In this document: in pieces, positions 1 to 7,158 of the stretch
How the letters are laid out: every line of letters begins with the position of its first letter
How positions within the stretch are numbered: the stretch's first letter is position 1
Assembly: GCA_040754655.1 (NCBI GenBank)
Contig: JBFMCE010000084.1
Coordinates: 1-17,029 of the forward strand
DNA: 17,029 nt
Direction of reading: 5' to 3'
Source: Bdellovibrionota bacterium
GTDB lineage: Bacteria > Bdellovibrionota > UBA1018 > UBA923
Notes under the pieces: generated by a model
Told to the model about the DNA's origin: nothing
Databases searched by the model: none
The model's input: only the letters and a program-made list of their open reading frames with translations
Position numbers and translations under genes: made by a program

Positions 1-115
1 TTTGGGTCTTATACCCTCCTGACGAGCAACCGACTCCGACATGAGAAATAGTCAGCCACAATGCAGCGCCAAGAAAGAAAGCCCGCGCAGGCGATTTTCC
101 TAAAAAGTATCTCAT
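1..115 (-). CDS. Putative lipoprotein, N-terminal part only (runs off the left edge of the window)
   Basis: Not in the ORF track. The ATG at 115-113 overlaps the TGA of the upstream gene (ATGA coupling). It translates as MRYFLGKSPARAFFLGAALWLTISHVGVGCSSGGYKTQ: basic N-terminus, hydrophobic stretch and lipobox-like VGVG-C-SS. Confidence 0.7.
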   Translation of the reverse strand, partial: MRYFLGKSPARAFFLGAALWLTISHVGVGCSSGGYKTQ

Positions 116-678
116 AAGATATCCACTATGATTCGTGGTGGCTGGTTCAATTGAAACACTTCAACCTTGGGTTTTCGCCCCTTAGAGGCATGAGTCACAA
201 ATTCAACCACCGAAAGACCATCTTCTACCCTGGGAACGATGTTCAATTTTTTAACATGGGTGCTTTTGGCGAACGCGCGACGCACCGTCGTACGATCGAA
301 ATCATACGCGACATCAGCCCAGATGCTGACGACAAACCTGTTTTCTTGAGGCGCGTGTTGCACTTGAAAATAGGGAACCATTGCTTTGTTATCGGCGTTC
401 GGAGTCAAATCCAGCACGATCCGTTCATAGGCGTCAGCTGCTTTGCCAGATTTCGCTCGGCGGATATTCTTCAGTTTCACTGAAGTTACCGAACGGTCTC
501 CGCCACGAAAGAATCCTTCGGAAATATAATTGCCTGTTTTGTTTCCGGCCGCGGGATGCGGCTTTCCGAGTTGGATGGCAGCATGGGAATATTGATTTTG
601 AACCGTACCCGATCCCAAGATTGCCAAACAGCCCAAAAACCACAGAAGACGCTTAAGGCTTTTGATTTTGCTTCTCAT
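112..678 (-). CDS. Secreted/periplasmic AMIN-like domain protein
   Basis: ORF track 112..738. The likely start is ATG 678 (MRSKIKSLKRLLWFLGCLAILG..., signal-like), 10 nt after the protease stop. AMIN-type motifs are YERIVLDL and C-terminal FQLNQPPRIIVDIL. Confidence 0.65.
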   Translation of the reverse strand: MRSKIKSLKRLLWFLGCLAILGSGTVQNQYSHAAIQLGKPHPAAGNKTGNYISEGFFRGGDRSVTSVKLKNIRRAKSGKAADAYERIVLDLTPNADNKAMVPYFQVQHAPQENRFVVSIWADVAYDFDRTTVRRAFAKSTHVKKLNIVPRVEDGLSVVEFVTHASKGRKPKVEVFQLNQPPRIIVDIL

Positions 679-688
679 AAGATTCAGC

Positions 689-2524
689 TTAACGGGCAAC
701 GCGAACCCTGGCAAGTCGTTGTCCGATCCAAAACGCAATCATCAGAATCAGCAAGCCCCAGTTTGAGAAGGCCTGCGCGAGAGCTGAGGGCCTCGGTCCG
801 TTAGAAAAATCGTCGTCGTTCACGTTGTAAATGACTCCGCATCCCTTTGAAGAGCTCTCGGTGCTCGATCCAGCGGAACCTGACGAACTCGCCAGCGACC
901 TTCCAGGGCTTGGGGCGCCCGGCCCCTTGTCTGGAAAAGCGGCGAAGTCATCCGATGCCTCACAGCGCGGATTGTTAGCGAGCAGAGGGTCTGCGGTCGA
1001 CGGAAGTAAGGTCGTCGAGTCGTTGAGCGTGACGAGTAAGAGGTAATAAGGGACTCGATCGATCTGAGGGTTTAAGCCTCCGACTCCCACCGCTCCGGCG
1101 GGATAAAGGCGCGGTGAAGCCGCGAGGTTTCCGGCATTCGTAACACGAATGTAGTAGTCGCCGGCTGCGGCTGAGTTGAGCGTCGCGGACGCGTCGTAAT
1201 TGACGAAGCTGCTCTCGTTCGAAAAAGCATCCTCGGTAGAAGTACTGCCGGCAGCGACGCTATTCCCGCTGGAATCCAGTATCGCGACTCTGGCGTCAAA
1301 TGGTGAATAGAGCCCGTAAGAGAGCAATTTCACCGAAATGTTTCCTGAGACGTTTGAAAGCCTGAAGTATTGTTGAGTGCCGGAACCGCTGATCACCCCC
1401 CGCGCGGACGCTTGAGCTTCGGCGCCAGCGTTGTTCGAAAGCAAGACCGGCGCTGTCGCCGCCGAAGTCACTGAAACGCCCCAAGGCTCGGTCATCGCAG
1501 CGCAAGGCACCGTCAAAACACCCGCAAGAACGTTCGTGCCCGCGGATACCGTAAATCGAGTCGGTAGCCCAACGGAGCCCTCGATGAAAACGCGCTTAAA
1601 CGGCGCAGGCCCGGCGCAAACCGTTGATGAGTTGATGCTGCCAAAAGAGCACCCGGCAGCGCTACCGCCGCACAGGGCGCTCAATGGCGCGGTCGTTTGA
1701 AATGGCTCGACCATCAAATAATAATCGCCCGGTTCAAGGTTAGGAATCACGTAAGAGCCTGAGCTGTCGCTAAGAGCGCCAGCAATCACAGTGCCTCGCG
1801 ACTTTGAAACGGCCAAGACATGGGCTCCGAAAACAGCGGTCGCGCCACTCGTCTGCACCGAACCCGAGATCGAACCTCGAGCAGTCCCAAAACTATTCGT
1901 CCCGTACGCCGCTCCCATCGCCTGAATGTCGTCGCACGAGGGGCGCGCCTGTCCTCGATCCTCTAAGAAAACCATCGACGAATGCAACACAGCGGAATGG
2001 CTTAAACCATAGGCGTGCCCAAACTCGTGAGTCGCGACGTTTTGCAAGAAGACCTGCGAGCCATTCCCAAACTGACTGCTGTGAGTGGGATTGGTGCTGA
2101 AAGCGAATGCCTCGTCATTGAATTCGAGGTCGGTCTCGAGGATCGTCCCGCTAGATGAAAACACATACGTCACGCCAATCGTCGAGCCTCCCATTTTTTG
2201 ATCGTTCGGAGCTTGACTCGCGAAAAAGATGGCGTTGACTCCGTCAAAACCCCACGAGGCGGTGTGAGTGCCCGCTTGATAGTAGTCGAAACTGAGCGGC
2301 GCTGAGCCAATGTTCTTCCATCGTTGAAGCGGGATGGTGAAAGAATTGAAAACATCTTGATGGGTAAGACCACTGATATTGGTCCAGTTCGCGTAAAATG
2401 TGGGCTGCACTGGAGCTGGCCAACGCAAAGGAGCGCCAGATGAATTGGTCGAGAACACATACGCCCGAGTCGTGGAAGAAAAAGCCAGCAGTGAGAGGAC
2501 GAGAAGCCCGTAGAAATACCGCAT
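689..2524 (-). CDS. Matrixin-family (M10-like metzincin) zinc metalloprotease with carboxypeptidase-regulatory-like/PPC-like beta domains and a C-terminal membrane anchor
   Basis: HEFGHAYGLSH (HExxHxxGxxH, nt 1997-2029) is followed by the Met-turn SSM, with ETDLEFND upstream. The likely start is ATG 2524 (MRYFYGLLVLSLLAFSSTTRA signal peptide, GAGGGGG RBS). A GSISGSV...GSYVIPNLEPGDY beta-sandwich follows, then a Ser-rich linker, KGCG, a hydrophobic helix and an Arg-rich end. Confidence 0.88.
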   Translation of the reverse strand: MRYFYGLLVLSLLAFSSTTRAYVFSTNSSGAPLRWPAPVQPTFYANWTNISGLTHQDVFNSFTIPLQRWKNIGSAPLSFDYYQAGTHTASWGFDGVNAIFFASQAPNDQKMGGSTIGVTYVFSSSGTILETDLEFNDEAFAFSTNPTHSSQFGNGSQVFLQNVATHEFGHAYGLSHSAVLHSSMVFLEDRGQARPSCDDIQAMGAAYGTNSFGTARGSISGSVQTSGATAVFGAHVLAVSKSRGTVIAGALSDSSGSYVIPNLEPGDYYLMVEPFQTTAPLSALCGGSAAGCSFGSINSSTVCAGPAPFKRVFIEGSVGLPTRFTVSAGTNVLAGVLTVPCAAMTEPWGVSVTSAATAPVLLSNNAGAEAQASARGVISGSGTQQYFRLSNVSGNISVKLLSYGLYSPFDARVAILDSSGNSVAAGSTSTEDAFSNESSFVNYDASATLNSAAAGDYYIRVTNAGNLAASPRLYPAGAVGVGGLNPQIDRVPYYLLLVTLNDSTTLLPSTADPLLANNPRCEASDDFAAFPDKGPGAPSPGRSLASSSGSAGSSTESSSKGCGVIYNVNDDDFSNGPRPSALAQAFSNWGLLILMIAFWIGQRLARVRVAR

Positions 2525-2526
2525 GA

Positions 2527-3354
2527 TCAGTTGCCCCCTCTTGATCGCAATAAAAACCAAAGCGCGAGGCCAAGAGCTGCCGCGAGAGCGGCAAAACTAA
2601 GAGGCACCCAGTAAGGATTTTTCGTTTGCACTGATTCTGGTTGGACTGAAGCAACGGGCGCGGGTTGCTCATGCCCGCGCTCAGACTTTGGCGAGGGAGT
2701 ATGTTTGTGATGGGGATGATCGGCTTCGTAAGATCCCTTGGCAGCGGGTTTTTGGGATCTTTCGTATTGGCGATGCGCGGCCTCTGGGATGTCTTCTCCC
2801 TTGGCCACCCTGCGAAACACCTCGAGCGGGATTTTTGAATTGTAAGAAAGCGTGCGCGGATCTTTGCCAGGATCATACATCGCCGCTCCACCCAGGCTAT
2901 TCACTAACGCTGGCTCGCCGTTTTCGCCGGTAACGACTTCGTACTTGCCTGTCGCAAAACCAGGAACGTCGTAACTTCCGTCTTCAGAGTTGCGGTTTCC
3001 GAGCAATACAACGACATCTTCATCTGAGTCGAAGTTGGCGGCTCCCGGCACGTTCATTTCCATTCCGTCTTTTGACCCGCCAGGTTGCCTCAAGAGAATT
3101 CGGCTTTCTTTGACTTCGCCCTTTAACACCTCTGAGACCGTAAGAGGGGTGTAGGTATAAATTGATTTTCGGCCGCTTTTATCCCAATCAGCATAACTCT
3201 CGCCCGCGCGACCCCTGACGATGATATCGGTCTCGCGCATGACCTCACCTAGAGGACGATTCACAAACGTCGTCGCAAACAAGGGTGCGCTGCTAGCGCC
3301 CAAGAAAAATGAAAATGCCAGTACTGCAAAAAGCCGGTGCCCCTTCAAAGTCAT
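2527..3354 (-). CDS. Secreted, C-terminally anchored hypothetical protein of a type often associated with matrixins (possible TIMP/NTR-like OB fold)
   Basis: Signal peptide; the pattern DIIVRG...IYTYTPLTVSEVLKG...LRQPGG...VPGAANF...VVVLL; a His/Pro-rich linker; a C-terminal TM (YWVPLSFAALAAALGLALWFLL) followed by RSR. The stop lies 2 nt before the protease ATG. Confidence 0.75.
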   Translation of the reverse strand: MTLKGHRLFAVLAFSFFLGASSAPLFATTFVNRPLGEVMRETDIIVRGRAGESYADWDKSGRKSIYTYTPLTVSEVLKGEVKESRILLRQPGGSKDGMEMNVPGAANFDSDEDVVVLLGNRNSEDGSYDVPGFATGKYEVVTGENGEPALVNSLGGAAMYDPGKDPRTLSYNSKIPLEVFRRVAKGEDIPEAAHRQYERSQKPAAKGSYEADHPHHKHTPSPKSERGHEQPAPVASVQPESVQTKNPYWVPLSFAALAAALGLALWFLLRSRGGN

Positions 3355-3481
3355 TCCCCATCGTATATTTTACCCCTGAAGAGGCGCTTGACGCCATATA
3401 TACGTTGGGGGTGTCAGGGCCACGCGGGGTCGTTTTCAGGTCAAGAAAGCCAGCAATATCAATTAATTATATTTAGATAGG

Positions 3482-3618
3482 TCAATCTTGCCGCTCGACC
3501 AGGAAGATCTGCAGCTCGTGAGGGTTTTCTGAGGTCCTATTGCTTGCAAAAACCAAAAACCTGCCGTCCGGGCTGAACGTGGGAAACCGCTGAAAGTCCC
3601 CTCGTGGGTGATCTGGCG
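3482..3618 (-). pseudogene. Frameshifted C-terminal remnant of a TolB-like/PD40 beta-propeller protein
   Basis: One frame reads RQITHEGTFSGFP and the adjacent frame continues FPTFSPDGRFLVFASNRTSENPHELQIFLVERQD*. Adding 1 nt in the TTTCCC run (3581-3586) yields a canonical PD40 repeat. No recognisable N-terminal part lies upstream. Confidence 0.7.
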
Positions 3619-3840
3619 ACCCAAGGTCTCCTGCATTCATGGCGTCATTCCCCTCAAAGTCGCCTGATATTTTCATCGAATTTCGCCATGTTCCTAGAGA
3701 GGTTGCGAGAAGAAAGTACTTGCCCTTACTCGACAAAAGAAGGTATGAATCCAGCCACTGTTATTTTTGTTTGTGCGAAGAAGGCGCTGAAAGAATTTTT
3801 CAGGCCTACCAGAGCATCTTCAAAAAAGAATTTGGTCGGG

Positions 3841-3916
<76 letters not shown>

Positions 3917-3947
3917 ATTTAAACGACGCACGAAAGAAACCAAATCC

Positions 3948-4064
3948 TCACCCCGCAACAGCCGGATCCAATATATCCCTTGAGCGACGGGATATTATCA
4001 CGAGCTCAGACTGAGGTATCTTTCCGGCACCTGGCAAATCACGTTCAATTACATACTTCGGCAT
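3948..4064 (-). pseudogene. Internally deleted second copy of the DUF4242 gene (38 aa, still in frame)
   Basis: Translates as MPKYVIERDLPGAGKIPQSELVIISRRSRDI-LDPAVAG*. It matches residues 1-31 and the last 7 residues of the upstream paralog and has an intact AAGGAG RBS. It is absent from the ORF track. Confidence 0.85.
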
Positions 4065-4384
4065 ATGGTTCTCCTTTGCCTTTGTCTCTAATCCATGAGT
4101 GAAGACCGAGCTAGGCCGCCAATGCGGGATCCAATATCGTATTCACTTCAGAAATATTATTTGCAGGAAAGCCACCTTCCCGAGCATGCCTAAGAATGAT
4201 ATCCGGGCTATTCGCAATGTAAACGCAGTAGACCTTGTCTTTTGTAACGTAGCTTTGAACCCACTGAATGTCTGGCCCAAGCTTCGTGACGATGTCCCGA
4301 GCTTTACGCGCGACTGCTAACATCTCGCTCGGATTCATCTTTCCCGCTCCTGGAATATCACGTTCAATTACATACTTCGGCATA
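4038..4384. repeat. 28-bp perfect direct repeat (4038-4065 and 4357-4384) covering the starts of the two DUF4242 copies
   Basis: ATCACGTTCAATTACATACTTCGGCATA occurs at both positions. GGATCCAATAT is also shared near both 3' ends. Confidence 0.9.
4111..4383 (-). CDS. DUF4242 domain protein (SCO4226-like small protein family)
   Basis: MPKYVIERDIPGAG...IQWVQSYVTKDKVYCVYIA...HAREGGFPANNISEV matches the family consensus; AGGAGG RBS. Confidence 0.92.
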   Translation of the reverse strand: MPKYVIERDIPGAGKMNPSEMLAVARKARDIVTKLGPDIQWVQSYVTKDKVYCVYIANSPDIILRHAREGGFPANNISEVNTILDPALAA

Positions 4385-4552
4385 ATGAGTTCCTCCTGAA
4401 CTAGACCAAATAGGGTCTATTGATAGAAATCTTACCATTGTCGCCCCGGCGGTAGTCGACTTTTTCAAAATGCAAGTATATGATTTTACTCGATAATTTT
4501 CATATTGTTAAACTTAATTTAGAAAATCCACGAAACCTGCTGAGAGGCCTGG

Positions 4553-5722
4553 TTAGCCCTTATGTGTTTTCCCAAACGGAAGCTTCAATAGGAATCGCGT
4601 GTTTTTGCTTGCTGGATCCACGGAAATACTTCCCCCGTGGCTGTCGATGATCCCCTTGGAAATGCTCAAGCCCAACCCCGTTCCCTTTCCAATCTCTTTT
4701 GTCGTAAAAAAGGGTTGAAAAAGCTTACTCTGAATCGCTTCGGGGATCCCTTTCCCGCTATCAGTAATTGAAACTTGGACGTGATCGGCCTGCTTTTCTG
4801 CAGCAATTTTAATCCACTTTTCCGGAAGCGATGCCACAGCGTCAAAAGAATTGTTCAAGAGGTTTAAAATGACCCGTGAGACCTGAACCGGTTGGCATTG
4901 AACTACAAGCTCGTCCGCGATTGGATCGATGACGACATCAATCTCGTTGAATCTCATCTTTTCGCGGCAAAGAAGCAGCGTATCCTCAATGATTTTAGAC
5001 ACGGAAACTGGGGTGAACTGAGCCTGTTCCACGCCGTCCGAAAAAGTCCTCAGGCTTTGAATGATCGCGCTTATGCGCCGGACTGTGTCACCAATAGTCT
5101 TTGTCATCCTAGAAAGCTCTCCTTTATCCAAGGGAGTTTCGTTCAGTAGTTCGGCGAGTTGCTCCGCTAACACGCTGATGACGCCCAAAGGGGTATTGAT
5201 CTCATGCGCCACGCCGCCCGCCATTTCTCCGAGAGCCGACATTTTTGCGACACTCACGAGCTTTGCCTCGGCATCAAGCAATTGGCGCGTTCTTGACTGG
5301 ACTTGTTGGTCGAGAGACTGATTGAGCTCCATCAGTTCTCTTTCGATAAACGCCAACCGCAGGAAAGCTTTAGCCTTCGCCAAAAGCTCTTCCGGAACAA
5401 AAGGCTTTGTAATGTAGTCGTCCGCGCCAACATCATAGCCCTTCAGCTTCTCCTCTAACATCGCCTTTCCTGATACGAGCAAGACCTTCATAAGGTTGAG
5501 CTTCGGATCAGTTTTAATTTTTTTGCATACTTCGTACCCATCGATGCCTGGCATCATGATATCGAGTAAAACGAGATCAGGAAGATAAGCCGCGATGACT
5601 TGCAAGGCTTCCTCACCACTCGAAGCCACCTTGAATTCAACCAACCCTTCCAAGACCTCGGATACGATTCGCTGGTTTCTTGGTTCATCGTCAACAATTA
5701 ATATTTTTTGTTTATTAGTCAC
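4553..5722 (-). CDS. Hybrid response regulator-histidine kinase (REC + HisKA + HATPase_c)
   Basis: REC motifs ILIVDD, LLDIMMP and DYITKPF; H-box GVAHEINTPLG; N-box NLLNNSFDA; DSGKGI; FQPFFTTKEIGKGTGLGLSIS. GTG start. Confidence 0.95.
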   Translation of the reverse strand: MTNKQKILIVDDEPRNQRIVSEVLEGLVEFKVASSGEEALQVIAAYLPDLVLLDIMMPGIDGYEVCKKIKTDPKLNLMKVLLVSGKAMLEEKLKGYDVGADDYITKPFVPEELLAKAKAFLRLAFIERELMELNQSLDQQVQSRTRQLLDAEAKLVSVAKMSALGEMAGGVAHEINTPLGVISVLAEQLAELLNETPLDKGELSRMTKTIGDTVRRISAIIQSLRTFSDGVEQAQFTPVSVSKIIEDTLLLCREKMRFNEIDVVIDPIADELVVQCQPVQVSRVILNLLNNSFDAVASLPEKWIKIAAEKQADHVQVSITDSGKGIPEAIQSKLFQPFFTTKEIGKGTGLGLSISKGIIDSHGGSISVDPASKNTRFLLKLPFGKTHKG

Positions 5723-5743
5723 TTAATCATCTGCCTTTCGCCT

Positions 5744-6979
5744 TCACGCGGCGCTCTCTTCTTTTTTCAGGGCCGACCGAGGAATCTCGACCGTGAATCG
5801 AGTTTCACCGTTTTCCTTGCTTTCCGCCCAAATCTTACCATTGTGATGTTGAATTATTTCACGGCAGATCGCCAATCCCAAGCCAGTTCCGCCAGCTCCT
5901 GTCCTAGTTTTGCTGCTTTGAACAAACTTATTAAAAACAGTCTCAAGCTCAAGAGCTGGTATCCCGACCCCCTTGTTTACGACGCGATACAAGATTTTTT
6001 CCGGCACTCGTTCGAACTCTATTCTAATGACGGTCCCTTTATCAGAAAACTTGATCGCATTAGAAAGGAGGTTCCTCACGACTTGAGTCATTCTTTGTTC
6101 ATCATATACGCCAATGACCTCAGGCGTACCGTGCGACAGCTCAAACCTTAACCCTTTTTCTTCGGCCAGCGTCGCCATTTCACACTGAACGGATCTAACA
6201 ACATCGATTAGATTCCCTTCTTGCATGCGGTATTCGATCTTGCCCGCTTCCAATTTTGAAAGATCTAAAAGGTCGTCAAGCAAGTTCATCAATCTCGATC
6301 CGCTATCTAGGATCTCGTCAAAATAGGATTTCAGTTTTTCTTTCGTTGCGGTCTCGATCTTCTGCTGGCCAAATCGCGCGAAACTCAAGATACCGTGCAT
6401 GGGAGTGCGCAATTCATGCGAAATATTGGCAAGAAACAGCGATTTTGAGTGATTTGCTTTCTTCGCAGCGTCACGCTCGACCCGTAGAACTTCGCTCATC
6501 TTCTGGTCGGTATCTTCTCGCAAGATGCCGAGCACCACCCGATTTGAAGTTAAAGCATCTACTTCAGACCGGCACAGTAAGCTGCAATGGCGGACATCCT
6601 TGTTCGGCGTTAATATGCGGAATTCCGTCCTCGACTCGCTAACCCCTTCCATGGATAGTTGCATGGTCACGTCGAATTGGCTTCGATCGTCGGGATGGAT
6701 GCAATCAAGGAATAGCTCATAGCTAGGTTGGTGTTCCTGAGGGGATAAACCTAAGATTTGGTAGAATTCACGCGACCATTCGAGGTGTTTGTCTGAAACT
6801 CTCCAAGTCCAAATCCCGAGCTTTCCCAAAGTTTGAGCTCTTTGCAGGGCCAGAGCTTGAAGCTGAAGTTCGCCCTCGAGGCGTTTGAGGTCACCTTCGA
6901 CTTTTTTCTTGCGAAAAAAAATCCACCCCAAAGACCCCAAATACATAGCAGAAACGGCTGCAAGCCCAAGAAACCCCAT
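5744..6979 (-). CDS. Membrane-anchored PAS-domain sensor histidine kinase
   Basis: N-terminal TM followed by RKKK; PAS_3-like segment (GIWTW...WSREFYQILG...IHPDDR...EFRI); H-box ANISHELRTPM; NLLSNAIKF; GGTGLGLAIC. Confidence 0.93.
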   Translation of the reverse strand: MGFLGLAAVSAMYLGSLGWIFFRKKKVEGDLKRLEGELQLQALALQRAQTLGKLGIWTWRVSDKHLEWSREFYQILGLSPQEHQPSYELFLDCIHPDDRSQFDVTMQLSMEGVSESRTEFRILTPNKDVRHCSLLCRSEVDALTSNRVVLGILREDTDQKMSEVLRVERDAAKKANHSKSLFLANISHELRTPMHGILSFARFGQQKIETATKEKLKSYFDEILDSGSRLMNLLDDLLDLSKLEAGKIEYRMQEGNLIDVVRSVQCEMATLAEEKGLRFELSHGTPEVIGVYDEQRMTQVVRNLLSNAIKFSDKGTVIRIEFERVPEKILYRVVNKGVGIPALELETVFNKFVQSSKTRTGAGGTGLGLAICREIIQHHNGKIWAESKENGETRFTVEIPRSALKKEESAA

Positions 6980-7120
6980 ATATGAATAATTCGGACAAAT
7001 GAAACGAGTGCTTTATCAGGAAACTCAATCCCCGGGTATACTCTCGGGAAATTGGCGTAAGGGGAAGTTTTTTCCGGTTTCGGCAAGGATCTTTACAGCT
7101 ACGGGCCATTTAATCTTTCT

Positions 7121-7148
7121 TTAAAAGGGCTTTAGAAGTGAAAGCCCT
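7121..7148 (-). terminator. Probable intrinsic terminator of the beta-propeller lipoprotein gene
   Basis: On the minus strand, AGGGCTTT-CACTTCT-AAAGCCCT forms an 8-bp stem followed by a short T run, 10 nt after the stop at 7159. Confidence 0.65.
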
Positions 7149-7158
7149 GCAATCTTAT

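Noticed and set aside
2244..2891. 215-aa alternative-frame ORF, and other antisense ORFs such as 11355..11909 and 5708..6151
   Set aside because: They are shadow ORFs overlapping well-supported genes and have no recognisable motifs.
3482..3736. 84-aa ORF as an intact gene
   Set aside because: Only the last 34 or so residues look like PD40, and the matching upstream residues are in another frame. Treated as a pseudogene remnant.
3720..3750. Sigma70-like promoter for the tRNA (TTGCCC-N18-TATGAA)
   Set aside because: The match is too weak to support without TSS data.
4038..4384. 28-bp direct repeat as a CRISPR repeat or att site
   Set aside because: There are only two copies, 319 nt apart, and both are the first codons of paralogous genes.
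6751..7109. Possible frameshifted N-terminal extension of the PAS kinase
   Set aside because: The similar WGFLGL/MGFLGL text in two frames is a coincidence of the same nucleotides, and the upstream frames show no sensor-like sequence.
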